Of a stretch of DNA of 64,000 bases, positions 19,504 through 29,252 are shown in pieces. This stretch comes from Chromobacterium phragmitis. Lineage in GTDB: Bacteria > Pseudomonadota > Gammaproteobacteria > Burkholderiales > Chromobacteriaceae. The notes under the pieces are model-generated. The model was not told the DNA's origin. It saw nothing but the letters and a program-made list of their open reading frames with translations, and made no database searches. The translations under genes and the position numbers were made by a program. The first letter of the stretch is position 1; each line of letters starts with the position of its first letter. The stretch lies in assembly GCF_003325475.1 (NCBI RefSeq), contig NZ_CP029495.1:2631353-2695352 (forward strand). The letters are read 5' to 3'.

Positions 19504-20202
19504 TCAGACGGCGCGGCGGGTCGCCATCAGGTAGTTGACGTCGGTATCGTCGTTCAGCGAGTAGATGCGGGTGATCGGGTTGTAGCCCATGCCGCGCAGC
19601 GTCTGCAGGCCGAGGCCGGCGTGGCGAGCCATGCGGCTCAGCTCGGACGGCTTGAGGAAGCGCGCGTACTCGTGGGTGCCGCGCGGCAGCATGTTGAGCA
19701 CGTACTCGGCGCCCACCACAGCCAAGAGATAAGCCTTGGCGTTGCGGTTCAGCGTGGAGAAGAATACCCAGCCGCCGGGTTTCACCAGCGTGGCGCAGGC
19801 GCGCACCACGCTTTCCGGATCCGGCACGTGCTCCAGCATTTCCATGCAGGTGACCACGTCAAAGCTGGCCGGCATTTCGGCAGCCAGCTCTTCCACCGGT
19901 ACGCAGCGGTAGTCGATGGGGACGCCGGATTCCAGGCTGTGGAGTTGCGCCACCTTCAGCGACTTTTTCGCCAGATCGATGCCGGTCACCTGGGCGCCTT
20001 TCAGCGCCATGCTTTCCGCCAGGATGCCGCCACCGCAGCCCACGTCCAGCACTTTTTTGCCGGCGATGGCCGCGTGGCGGTCGATGAAGTCAAGACGCAA
20101 GGGGTTGATTTCATGCAGCGGTTTGAATTCGCTGTCCTTGTCCCACCACTTGTGCGCCAGTTGGCTGAATTTGTCGATTTCGAGTTCGTCTACGTTGCTC
20201 AT
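19504..20202 (-). CDS. ubiG: Ubiquinone biosynthesis O-methyltransferase UbiG
   Basis: 232 aa. SAM motif [13 protein letters not shown] and typical UbiG N-terminus (…[10 protein letters not shown]…). Confidence 0.9.
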   Translation of the reverse strand: MSNVDELEIDKFSQLAHKWWDKDSEFKPLHEINPLRLDFIDRHAAIAGKKVLDVGCGGGILAESMALKGAQVTGIDLAKKSLKVAQLHSLESGVPIDYRCVPVEELAAEMPASFDVVTCMEMLEHVPDPESVVRACATLVKPGGWVFFSTLNRNAKAYLLAVVGAEYVLNMLPRGTHEYARFLKPSELSRMARHAGLGLQTLRGMGYNPITRIYSLNDDTDVNYLMATRRAV

Positions 20203-20206
20203 GCTG

Positions 20207-21526
20207 TCACTTTGCCAGGATGCGGTTGCGCCAGTCGTCGGCGCGGGCCTTCAGGTTGCTTTCGTCCAGCGTGGCCAGCTTGCGGTCGCGCATCAGCGCG
20301 CGGCCCTTGACCCAAACGTGGCTGACCTGCTCGCGACCGGCAGCGTACACCACATGCGAGATCGGGTCGAATGCCGGCGCGGTTTCCAGAGCGGCCAGAT
20401 CGATGGCGATCAGGTCGGCGTCCTTGCCTTCCTTCACCGAGCCGACCTTGTCGGCGATGCCCAGCGCGCGGGCGCCGTTCAGCGTGGCCATGCGGATGGC
20501 CGCGGCCGCCGGCACCGAAGTCGGGTCCAAGGTGCCCACCTTGGCCAGCAGAGCGGCCAGGCGGGTTTCGGCAAGCATGTCCAGCTTGTTGTTGGAGGCG
20601 GCGCCGTCGGTGCCGATGCCCACGGCCACGCCGGCGTCCAGCAGCTTGCTGACCGGCGCGATGCCGGAGGCCAGCTTCATGTTGGAGGCCGGATTGTGGG
20701 CGGTGGACAGGCCATGCTTGGCCACCAGCTCGATTTCGGCGTCGTTCAGATGCACCATGTGCGCGGCCACCAGGCGCGGCGACAGCAGGCCCAGCTGCTG
20801 CAGGCGGGCCAGCGGGCGCATGCCGCGCTCCTTGACGCTGTTGTTCACTTCCTCGGCGGTTTCGTGGATGTGGCAGTGGATCAGCATGTCCTCCTGCTCG
20901 GCCAGCGTCACAACCTTGCGGAAGGTGTCGTCCGACACGGTGTAGGGCGCGTGCGGCGCCAAGGTGAAGGTGATCAGCTCTTCGCCCAGGAACTGGCTGC
21001 GTTCGGCCATGCCCTTGGCGATATAGTCGTCGGCGGTGGACGCGTAATTGGTCGGGAATTCCAGGATGGAGCAGCCGACGAAGGTGCGCATGCCGGAAGC
21101 GAGGCCGGCGCGCGCCATCGCGGCATTGTAGAAATACATGTCGTTGATGGTGGTGGTGCCGCCGCGGATCATCTCGCCCATCGCCAGCAGCGAACCGTCG
21201 AACACGAAATCGTCGCGCACGTGCTTGCCTTCGGTGGGCCAGATGTAATTGGTCAGCCAGTCCATCAGCACCTTGTCGTCGGCCAGGCCGCGCAGCAGCG
21301 ACATCGCAGAATGGCCATGCAGGTTGATCAGACCCGGCATCAGCACGTGGTCGGGCAGCTCCAGCCTTTCGTCGGCTTCCAGCGCGGCCGCGTCCGCGGC
21401 GGGGAGAATGGCGGCGATCTTGCCGCCGCGGATGGCGACGGCGTGGTTTTCCAGGACTTCGCCGTCCGTTTCCACGGTAATGATCCAGCGGGCTGAGATA
21501 ATCTTTTCATAACGGGACTGCGGCAT
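20207..21526 (-). CDS. Amidohydrolase of the TRZ/ATZ-MtaD family (probable 5'-methylthioadenosine/S-adenosylhomocysteine deaminase)
   Basis: 439 aa. Metal-binding HxH ([10 protein letters not shown]) and downstream HCHIHE and GTDG motifs of the amidohydrolase superfamily. Confidence 0.8.
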   Translation of the reverse strand: MPQSRYEKIISARWIITVETDGEVLENHAVAIRGGKIAAILPAADAAALEADERLELPDHVLMPGLINLHGHSAMSLLRGLADDKVLMDWLTNYIWPTEGKHVRDDFVFDGSLLAMGEMIRGGTTTINDMYFYNAAMARAGLASGMRTFVGCSILEFPTNYASTADDYIAKGMAERSQFLGEELITFTLAPHAPYTVSDDTFRKVVTLAEQEDMLIHCHIHETAEEVNNSVKERGMRPLARLQQLGLLSPRLVAAHMVHLNDAEIELVAKHGLSTAHNPASNMKLASGIAPVSKLLDAGVAVGIGTDGAASNNKLDMLAETRLAALLAKVGTLDPTSVPAAAAIRMATLNGARALGIADKVGSVKEGKDADLIAIDLAALETAPAFDPISHVVYAAGREQVSHVWVKGRALMRDRKLATLDESNLKARADDWRNRILAK

Positions 21527-21787
21527 GGCTGATATCCTGATGATCCGTTGTCGAAGTGTCGTGGATTTTAGGCCCTGCTATTGCGACAAGGCAATGAGCT
21601 GCTGAAAGCTCTTTATATTCATCTGATTTGTGCTGTGGATATGCTTGAAAATGATATGGATGGATGACTGGTGAATATTCCGGCGAAAAGCCGCGACCGA
21701 CCAGTGTATACTGCTGATTGCACACGTTAATTGAACTCAGGGCCTTCGATCTTACGGAACCTGCGGCGAACCAAAGACTAGCGCGAC

Positions 21788-24598
21788 ATGGCTCAACAAG
21801 CAGACGATAAATCCACTGCCAGCTCTGGCCTGAATCTGAGGGATGTGTTTCTCATTGCCGTGATACTCGGCTTGTTGATTCCCGCCTCCATCATCAGCTA
21901 TCTCAGCTTCAATATTCAGAAGGACAACCTCACCACCCAGCTGGAGACGGATCAGCGCCGGCTGCTCGACATCGTCGCGCTGGGCATGCAGGAGCCGTTG
22001 TGGAACCTTAGCCGCCAGGCAGGCAACCCGTTGATCGCCTCGGTGATGGAAGATCCGCGCGTGATATCCATCCGCGTCACCGATACCCAGTCTAATCAGG
22101 TCTTCCTGTCCGCGGTGCGCAGCGAGCGCCGCATCGGCAGCGTGTCTTATGTGGAAAAGCCGGTGATCTACCGCGGCGAGGCCATCGGCCAGGTGACGAT
22201 GGAGTTCGACAACGAGAACCTCGCCATCGCGCTCAGCAATCAGGTGAAGAACATCCTGATGATACTGGCGGCGCAACTGGTGTTGTCCATCATGCTGATC
22301 ATGAGCATCCTGCACTCGCGCTTTCTCAGTCCGATGAAGCTGCTGACCGAACAGGCGCGGCTATTGGCCGAACTGAAGCTGGATTCGCCGTTCGAGTGGT
22401 CGCGCCGCGACGAGCTGGGCCGTCTCGGCACTCACCTGGAGTGGACCCGCTCCGAGCTGAAGCGCCTGGTGGACGAGCTCAGGGCCAAGACGCTGGCGCT
22501 GGAGGCTGACATCGCCCGCCGCCGCGAGGTGGAAGACGCGCTGCGCCGTTCGGAGAACAAATACCGGGAGTTGTTCTGGTCCAATCTGGACGGCATCGTC
22601 ATCAGCTCGCTGGACGGCCAGGTGATAGATGCCAACCCGGCCTTCCTCAATCTGATGTGCTACAGCCTGGACCAGCTCAAGCAGCAGAATTTCTGGAGCC
22701 TGGTGGCGGAGGAGAGCGAGGGGCTGGAGCGCTTCAATCTGGACAACAAGGTGCTGCGCTTCGGCTATTGCGACGAGTTCGAGGCCACCTATCTCAACCG
22801 TTTCGACAATCAGGTGCCGGTCAGCGTCAAGACCGTGGCCATGCGCGACGCCTTCGGCCGCATCAACGCGGTGTGGCGCATGGTGCGCGACATCTCGGAA
22901 AAGCGCGCGGCCGAGGAGCGGGTGCAACTGGCGGCCAAGGTGTTCGAGAACACCGTGGAAGGCATCATGATCACCGACGCCGACCGCCGCATCCGCAGCG
23001 TCAACCGCGCCTTCACCGAGATCACCGGCTACAGCCAGCACGAGGTGTTGGGACAGAAGACCAGCATCCTCTCGTCCGGCCGCCATGAGCAGCCGTTCTA
23101 CGACCAGATGTGGCAGGCCATCGCCGAGCACGGCTCCTGGCAGGGCGAGCTGTGGAACCGCCGCAAGAACGGCGAGGTGTATCCGGAATGGCTGGCGATC
23201 AACGCGGTGCGCAACAGCCTGGGCGAGATCACCCATTACGTGGCTATTTTCAGCGACCTGACCGAGCGCAAGGCCGCCGACGAGCGCATCCAGTTCCTGG
23301 CCCATTTCGATGTGCTCACCAGCCTGCCCAACCGCATCCACATGCAGGACAGGGTGGAGCTGGCCATCCACAACGTGGTGCGCGACAACCAGCGGCTGGC
23401 GCTGCTGCTGTTGGACCTGGACCGCTTCAAGACCGTCAACGAATCGCTGGGCCATTCCGCCGGCGACACGCTGCTGCAGGTGGCCGCCGACCGCATCAAG
23501 TCGGCGCTGGCGCCGGGCGAGATGCTGGCGCGCCAGGGCGGCGACGAGTTCATCATCCTGTTGCCGGTGATTTCCGACCCAGGCGAGGCGGCGCTGGCGG
23601 CCGAGCGCGTGCGCGACGTGTTCGCTAACCCGATCGAACTGCACAACCACGTGCTGACCATCACGCCGTCCATCGGCATCAGCGTCTACCCGGACGACGG
23701 CCGCGATTATGAAACCCTGGTGCGCAACGCCGACGCGGCGATGTACCACGCCAAATCGTCCGGCCGCAACAGCTACAAGTTTTACACCGCCGACCTCAAC
23801 GCCCGCGCCCGTGAGATTCTGGCGATCGAGAGCCAGCTGCGTTTCGCGCTGGAGCGAGACGAGTTCGTGCTGCACTACCAGCCGCAGGTGGAGATGGAGA
23901 GCGGCCGCATCATCGGCGCCGAGGCTTTGATCCGCTGGAATCACCCGTCGTTGGGCCTGCTGGGGCCGGTGCGCTTCATCCAGGTGGCGGAAGAGCGCGG
24001 CTTCATCGTGCAGATAGGCAATTGGGTGATCGCCGAGGCCACCCGACAACTGGTGGAGTGGCGCCGGGCCGGCCTGCCAGAGCTGACGCTGGCGATCAAC
24101 CTGTCGGCGCTGCAGTTCCGCCAGCCGGATCTGGCGCTGCAAGTGAAGCAGGCGCTGGAGTCCAGCGGCCTGCCCGGCCACGCGCTGGACATCGAGGTGA
24201 CGGAGAGCATCATCATGGAAGACGCCCAGGCTACGATCCAGACCATAGACAATATGAAGAACATGGGCCTCAGACTGTCCATCGATGATTTCGGCACCGG
24301 TTATTCCAGCCTGTCCTATCTGAAGCGCTTCAAGGCGGACAAGCTGAAGATCGACCGCTCCTTCGTCCGCGACATCCCACAGGACGCCGACGACAGCGCC
24401 ATCGCCCGCGCCATCATCAATATGGCCAAGAACCTGAACATGCAGGTGGTGGCCGAGGGCGTGGAGACGATGGAGCAATGGCAATTCCTGGAGCAGGAGG
24501 GCTGCGACTTCGTCCAGGGCTATCTGATCGCCAAGCCATTGCCGGCGGACGACTTCGCCGAGCTTCTGCACAAGGATAGCCTGCTGCCGCAAAGCTGA
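21788..24598 (+). CDS. Membrane-anchored sensor with HAMP/coiled-coil, tandem PAS, GGDEF and EAL domains (c-di-GMP turnover)
   Basis: 936 aa. N-terminal TM segments, two PAS blocks, GGDEF site (RQGGDEFIILL), and EAL domain (…EALIRW…DDFGTGYSSL…). Confidence 0.88.
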   Translation: MAQQADDKSTASSGLNLRDVFLIAVILGLLIPASIISYLSFNIQKDNLTTQLETDQRRLLDIVALGMQEPLWNLSRQAGNPLIASVMEDPRVISIRVTDTQSNQVFLSAVRSERRIGSVSYVEKPVIYRGEAIGQVTMEFDNENLAIALSNQVKNILMILAAQLVLSIMLIMSILHSRFLSPMKLLTEQARLLAELKLDSPFEWSRRDELGRLGTHLEWTRSELKRLVDELRAKTLALEADIARRREVEDALRRSENKYRELFWSNLDGIVISSLDGQVIDANPAFLNLMCYSLDQLKQQNFWSLVAEESEGLERFNLDNKVLRFGYCDEFEATYLNRFDNQVPVSVKTVAMRDAFGRINAVWRMVRDISEKRAAEERVQLAAKVFENTVEGIMITDADRRIRSVNRAFTEITGYSQHEVLGQKTSILSSGRHEQPFYDQMWQAIAEHGSWQGELWNRRKNGEVYPEWLAINAVRNSLGEITHYVAIFSDLTERKAADERIQFLAHFDVLTSLPNRIHMQDRVELAIHNVVRDNQRLALLLLDLDRFKTVNESLGHSAGDTLLQVAADRIKSALAPGEMLARQGGDEFIILLPVISDPGEAALAAERVRDVFANPIELHNHVLTITPSIGISVYPDDGRDYETLVRNADAAMYHAKSSGRNSYKFYTADLNARAREILAIESQLRFALERDEFVLHYQPQVEMESGRIIGAEALIRWNHPSLGLLGPVRFIQVAEERGFIVQIGNWVIAEATRQLVEWRRAGLPELTLAINLSALQFRQPDLALQVKQALESSGLPGHALDIEVTESIIMEDAQATIQTIDNMKNMGLRLSIDDFGTGYSSLSYLKRFKADKLKIDRSFVRDIPQDADDSAIARAIINMAKNLNMQVVAEGVETMEQWQFLEQEGCDFVQGYLIAKPLPADDFAELLHKDSLLPQS

Positions 24599-24622
24599 TC
24601 CTGACTTCTTCTCTTCCGACAA

Positions 24623-24648
24623 CCCGCGCCGCCGCGCGGGTTTCTCAT
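24623..24648 (+). terminator. Rho-independent terminator after the first GGDEF-EAL gene
   Basis: CCCGCGC-cgc-GCGCGGG followed by TTTCTCATT. Confidence 0.55.
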
Positions 24649-24720
24649 TGGCGCCGCGGAGTCATTATGGACTCGACTTGCGCCAATCGATGGCCATACT
24701 GAATACGTGCCCGCGCCGGA

Positions 24721-27700
24721 TTGGTGCGGCGGCTTGCGGGAGGGGGAATGGAGGCCGATAGCCGGCGCTTGCGCAATATCATGGTCATGGCCTACGTGCT
24801 GATCGCCGCTGTCTGGATCGTCGTGCCTGACATGTTGGCGATCATGGGGGGCGAGGAGGGCGGCGTCGCGGGCGGACTGGTCTGGGACGCGTTGTTTGTC
24901 TTCGTCACCGCTGTTTTCCTGTACCTGCTGCTGCGCGGACGCCGCGCGGAGGATATGGCGGGGCTGAAACGGGCGGGCGCGCCGGGGCGGGCATTGTTGC
25001 GGCTGGCAAGCCGGGGGCCCGCGCCCTTGATCGCGCTGTACGCTGTGTCGGCGATGCTGATCCTGGCCGCGCCGGAGTTGTTGTGGTCGCGCCTGCTGGA
25101 CAGCCGGCTGTATTTTCGCGTGATCCCGGTTTGGGATCTGGCCTTCATCGCCGGTAGCGGGGCTTTGCTGCGGCTATGCCTGGACTCGGAGGCCGCTGGC
25201 GATCGCGGGCCGGAGGGCGGCAAGCGGTTTGTCTATCTGTTCGCCCTGGCCAGCTCGCTGCTCATGTTGTTCATCCGTTTTCAATTGTCTCCGCAGTTCT
25301 CCAGCCAGCATCTGATGTTGCTGTTTCTGATTCCAATCGGCCTGAGCGCGCTGCTGGGCGGCTTGGGGCCAGGCTTGCTGGCCACGTTCTTCATCGCGGC
25401 TTCGATAGCCTATCTGTTCGCCGCCGCCGCGCCGGACATGCCGGCGCATCCGGCTGTTTTTCTGCTGTCGCTCAGCCTGCTGGTGCTGGTGGGCACGCTG
25501 CTCAGCGTGATGAGCGAAGTGCAGCTGCGCGCGCGGGCCAGGCTGGCTCAACTGCTGTCGCTGCAGGCGGACATGGTGGATGCGCTGGGTCGGAGCGAGG
25601 AGCGCTTCCGCGCGCTGTTCGACGACAGTCCGGTGGCGATGGCCATCTCTCGGCTGGAGGACGGCGCCATCGTCGAAGCCAACCGCGCATTTCTGGAGTT
25701 GTTGGGCCTGGAGCGCATGCCGGTGCAGGGAAGCACCACGCGCGGGCTGGGCATTTGGGCAGACATCAAGGATAGGACGCGCCTGTTCGATGCGTTGCGG
25801 AAAGATGGGGAAGTGAAGGGGGCTCCCGTGCGGCTGTTGCGCAGCGACGGCGCCGGGCTCGACGTGCTGTTGTCATTCAGGCTGATTCAGCTTGGCGGCG
25901 TGGATCACGTGCATGGCGTGGCGCTGGACGTCAGCGATAGGCAGCGCGCGCAGCTGGCCTTGCAGGACAGCGAAGCCCGGCTGGCCGGCATGGTCCGTTC
26001 CGCGATGGACGGCATCATCACGGTGGACGAGGAGCAAAGGATAGTCTTGTTCAACGTGGCTGCCGAGCAGATATTCGGCCGCCGGGCGGAGGACATGTTG
26101 GGACAGCCGTTGGAGGGGCTGCTTCCGGCTAGCATGCGCTCGTCGCATCGGCAGATGATGCGCAGTTTCGGCGAGCGTGGCGTCAGCGCCAGGCGCATGG
26201 GACGCTTGGGCAAGGTCCAGGGCATGCGCGCCGATGGCCAGCTGTTCGATCTGGAGGCGTCGATTTCGACTCTGGAGGTAGGGGGGCGGCGCAGCTATAC
26301 CGTTATCCTGCGGGATATCAGCGAGCGCGAGCGGGCGCAAGCGGAAACGCTGCGACACATGCAGCAGTTGGAGTCGCTGAACGATTTGAACCGCGCGATC
26401 CTGACCGCCAACGACGCCGAGCAGATCGCGCTGATCGGACTGCGCAGCTTGCGCCGGCTGGTGCCGTTTTGGGGCGCCACCGCGATGTTGATCGATTGGG
26501 AGGGCGGGTTCGCCAAGGTGCTGGCCATCGAGCGGGTGGCCGGCGCCGGCTACGACCCTGGCCAACGGCTGAGCCTGATCAGTTACGGCATGGACGATCT
26601 GGAGCGGATGAAGAAGGGAGAGCCGTGCCTGGTGGGGGACCTGGCCACGGTGTCCAGGCGTCCGCTGACGCTGGAGCGGCTGTATCAGCAGGGCGTTCAA
26701 TCCTATGTGCGCATCCCGCTGATGGCTGAAGGCCGCTTGCTGGGCATGCTGAACCTGGTTTCGGACGCACAGGGCGCTTTCGACGAGGCGCAACTGGAGG
26801 TGGCCCAAGCTTATGCCCGGCAATTGGCGATCTGTCTGCAACAGTCTTTGCTGCGTCAGCATGTGGCCCGTCTGGGACGGGTTTACGAGGTGCTGAGCCG
26901 GATCAACGCGCTGATCGTCCGGTGTCGCGATCGCGAGGCGCTGTTCGACGGCATCTGCAAGGTGGCGCTGGAAATCGGCGCCTATCGTATGGCCTGGGCC
27001 GGCGTGATTGACGAAGACACGCAGAATGGCACGGTGGTCGCCTTCCGAGGCGAGGACAGCGACTATCTCAGGCAGATAAGGCTGAGCGCGCGCGAGGACT
27101 TTCTGTACAAGGACAGGCCGGCCTGCCGGGCGGTGCGGCTGCGGGAAATGGTGGTGTGCAACGACGTGCAGGGCGATCCCTCGTTGTATAGCCAGGCGGC
27201 GGAGCTGCAGAGCCACGGCGTGCGCGCTGTCGCCTGCCTGCCCATCCTGCTGGACGACAAGGCGGTCGCCGTGGTGGCGTTGTTCGCCGGCGACGTGGGC
27301 GCCTTCGATCGCCAGGAAACGACACTGTTGCGAGAGTTGGCCAGCGATGTCGGCTATGCGCTGGATCATATCCGCAAGGAAGAGCGCCTGCATTATCTGG
27401 CCTACTACGACAGCCTTACCGGCCTCGCCAATCGCAGCCTGCTGGGCGAGCGGCTGGCGCAGCATATGTCGGATGTCGCGGTGGAAGGGCGGCGTTTCTC
27501 GGTGGCCGTCTTCGATCTGGAAAACTTCAAGTCCATCAACGACGTGCTGGGACGCGTCCAGGGGGACAAGGCGCTGCAGTTGTTGACGAAGCGGCTGGCG
27601 CTGCATGCCCCGGACGCCTCGCTGCTGGCGAGGCTGGGGGCGGATCGGTTCGCGTTGGGGCTGCCGCTGGCATCCGGAGAGGAAGAGGCGGCGCTGGCGC

Positions 27701-28692
27701 TGGAACTGGTGAGGCAGAATTGCCTGGATGCGCCCATCGTGCTGGACGGGAATGAGTTGCGCTTGTCCGCCAAGTTCGGTCTTGCCATCTATCCGGATGA
27801 CGCCGATACCGCCACTTCCTTGTTGGAACGAGCGGAGTCGGCTTTGAAGCGGGCGAAGGCGGGCGGAGAGAAGTTCCTGTTTTATCGCCAGGAAATGACG
27901 GATCGGGCCGCGGCGGTGCTGGAGATGGGCAGCCGTTTGCGCCAGGCGCTGGAGCGGGAGCAGTTTGAACTGCATTACCAGCCCAAGTTCGCGGCGAAAG
28001 GCCATGCGCTGGCCGGCGTGGAGGCGCTGCTGCGTTGGCGCTGCCCGGAGCGCGGCATGGTGTCGCCGGCGCAGTTCGTGCCGATGCTGGAGGAACTGGG
28101 ACTGATCGTGGAGGTGGGCGATTGGGTGGTGCGTCAGGCGGCGCGCGACTTCCAGGCCTGGAGAGCGGCGGGCCTGGACGCCCCGAGGATCGCGGTCAAC
28201 GTATCGCCGCTGCAACTGCGGCAGGCGGATTTCGCGCAGTCGCTGGCCGCCGCGCTGGGGATGCCGGCTGACCAGGCCGGCATAGACATCGAGATAACCG
28301 AAAGCCACATCATGGCGGATGTGGACAGCAGCATCGCCACCTTGCGGCAGGTCAGGGACTTGGGCGTCTCCATCGCGCTCGACGATTTCGGCACCGGCTA
28401 TTCCTCTCTGGCCTATCTCGCCCGTCTGCCGGTGCAGACGCTGAAGATAGACCGCGCCTTCGTCAGCAGGATGCAGGAGGAAGAGGAAGCGATGACGCTG
28501 GTGGAGATGATCGTCTCGCTTGCGCACTCGATGGATCTGGAAGTCGTGGCGGAGGGGGTGGAAACGGAATCGCAGGCCCAGGTGCTGGAGGGTTTGGGCT
28601 GCGATGTGCTGCAGGGCTACTGGCTGAGCCGGCCGGTGCCGGCGGCCGAGCTGGCGGCCAGGCTGGCCGCCGGGGGGGGAGGGGCGGCATAG
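24721..28692 (+). CDS. Very large multidomain sensor with membrane region, PAS, GAF, GGDEF and EAL domains
   Basis: 1323 aa. Multi-TM N-terminus, PAS blocks, GAF-like regions, GGDEF-like RLGADRF site (degenerate), EAL (…EALLRW…DDFGTGYSSL…). The precise start, 24721 or the downstream Met, is uncertain. Confidence 0.85.
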   Translation: MVRRLAGGGMEADSRRLRNIMVMAYVLIAAVWIVVPDMLAIMGGEEGGVAGGLVWDALFVFVTAVFLYLLLRGRRAEDMAGLKRAGAPGRALLRLASRGPAPLIALYAVSAMLILAAPELLWSRLLDSRLYFRVIPVWDLAFIAGSGALLRLCLDSEAAGDRGPEGGKRFVYLFALASSLLMLFIRFQLSPQFSSQHLMLLFLIPIGLSALLGGLGPGLLATFFIAASIAYLFAAAAPDMPAHPAVFLLSLSLLVLVGTLLSVMSEVQLRARARLAQLLSLQADMVDALGRSEERFRALFDDSPVAMAISRLEDGAIVEANRAFLELLGLERMPVQGSTTRGLGIWADIKDRTRLFDALRKDGEVKGAPVRLLRSDGAGLDVLLSFRLIQLGGVDHVHGVALDVSDRQRAQLALQDSEARLAGMVRSAMDGIITVDEEQRIVLFNVAAEQIFGRRAEDMLGQPLEGLLPASMRSSHRQMMRSFGERGVSARRMGRLGKVQGMRADGQLFDLEASISTLEVGGRRSYTVILRDISERERAQAETLRHMQQLESLNDLNRAILTANDAEQIALIGLRSLRRLVPFWGATAMLIDWEGGFAKVLAIERVAGAGYDPGQRLSLISYGMDDLERMKKGEPCLVGDLATVSRRPLTLERLYQQGVQSYVRIPLMAEGRLLGMLNLVSDAQGAFDEAQLEVAQAYARQLAICLQQSLLRQHVARLGRVYEVLSRINALIVRCRDREALFDGICKVALEIGAYRMAWAGVIDEDTQNGTVVAFRGEDSDYLRQIRLSAREDFLYKDRPACRAVRLREMVVCNDVQGDPSLYSQAAELQSHGVRAVACLPILLDDKAVAVVALFAGDVGAFDRQETTLLRELASDVGYALDHIRKEERLHYLAYYDSLTGLANRSLLGERLAQHMSDVAVEGRRFSVAVFDLENFKSINDVLGRVQGDKALQLLTKRLALHAPDASLLARLGADRFALGLPLASGEEEAALALELVRQNCLDAPIVLDGNELRLSAKFGLAIYPDDADTATSLLERAESALKRAKAGGEKFLFYRQEMTDRAAAVLEMGSRLRQALEREQFELHYQPKFAAKGHALAGVEALLRWRCPERGMVSPAQFVPMLEELGLIVEVGDWVVRQAARDFQAWRAAGLDAPRIAVNVSPLQLRQADFAQSLAAALGMPADQAGIDIEITESHIMADVDSSIATLRQVRDLGVSIALDDFGTGYSSLAYLARLPVQTLKIDRAFVSRMQEEEEAMTLVEMIVSLAHSMDLEVVAEGVETESQAQVLEGLGCDVLQGYWLSRPVPAAELAARLAAGGGGAA

Positions 28693-28713
28693 GCTCCGCC
28701 CCTGGCCGCCGGC

Positions 28714-29118
28714 TCAGCGGTCTCGGCGCCAATCATCGCCGTGGCCGCGGCCATGGTCCCAGCCCTCATGGCGGCCATGGTCGTGGTGGTACTCGCGATA
28801 GCGGGGCGCGTAGACGCGGTTGTACCAGTCGTCGCGGACGAAATACACCTTGCGGCCGCAGGCGCCGTAGCGTCCGCAATAGCGGCCCCATTGCTTGATG
28901 TGGCCAGGGGGCACCCGCAGGTAAAGAGGCGGCATCACCGCCACCGCGGGCTGAATCACCACCGGTTGCGGGTAGATCAGTTGCGGCGGCGGGTAGCCGC
29001 CGATGTCTATCTGGCCGTAGAAGCCGGGTTCGCCGACGCTGATGGACACGCCGGCCTGGCTGGGCAGGCTGGTCAGGGAGGCGGCGATCAGCATCGCCGC
29101 GGTCATCACGTGTTTCAT
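28714..29118 (-). CDS. Secreted hypothetical protein with His/Arg/Asp-rich C-terminal tail
   Basis: 134 aa. Signal peptide, P/Y-rich core, C-terminal HHDHGRHEGWDHGRGHGDDWRRDR. Confidence 0.55.
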   Translation of the reverse strand: MKHVMTAAMLIAASLTSLPSQAGVSISVGEPGFYGQIDIGGYPPPQLIYPQPVVIQPAVAVMPPLYLRVPPGHIKQWGRYCGRYGACGRKVYFVRDDWYNRVYAPRYREYHHDHGRHEGWDHGRGHGDDWRRDR

Positions 29119-29252
29119 GGCAGTCTTCCTTCTGCATTGCGCATGCTTGCACTATGGCGGCAGTTTGTTTCGCAAACGCAAAGGAAGCATGGCCGCTGAT
29201 TGCTGTTTGTATCTGTTCATAACCGTAACCGCATGTACGACGGCGGGACGGC

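Noticed and set aside
22361-24622. 753-aa minus-strand ORF
   Set aside because: Antisense to the GGDEF-EAL gene. No domains.
25873-28527. 884-aa minus-strand ORF
   Set aside because: Antisense to the 1323-aa sensor gene. Low complexity.
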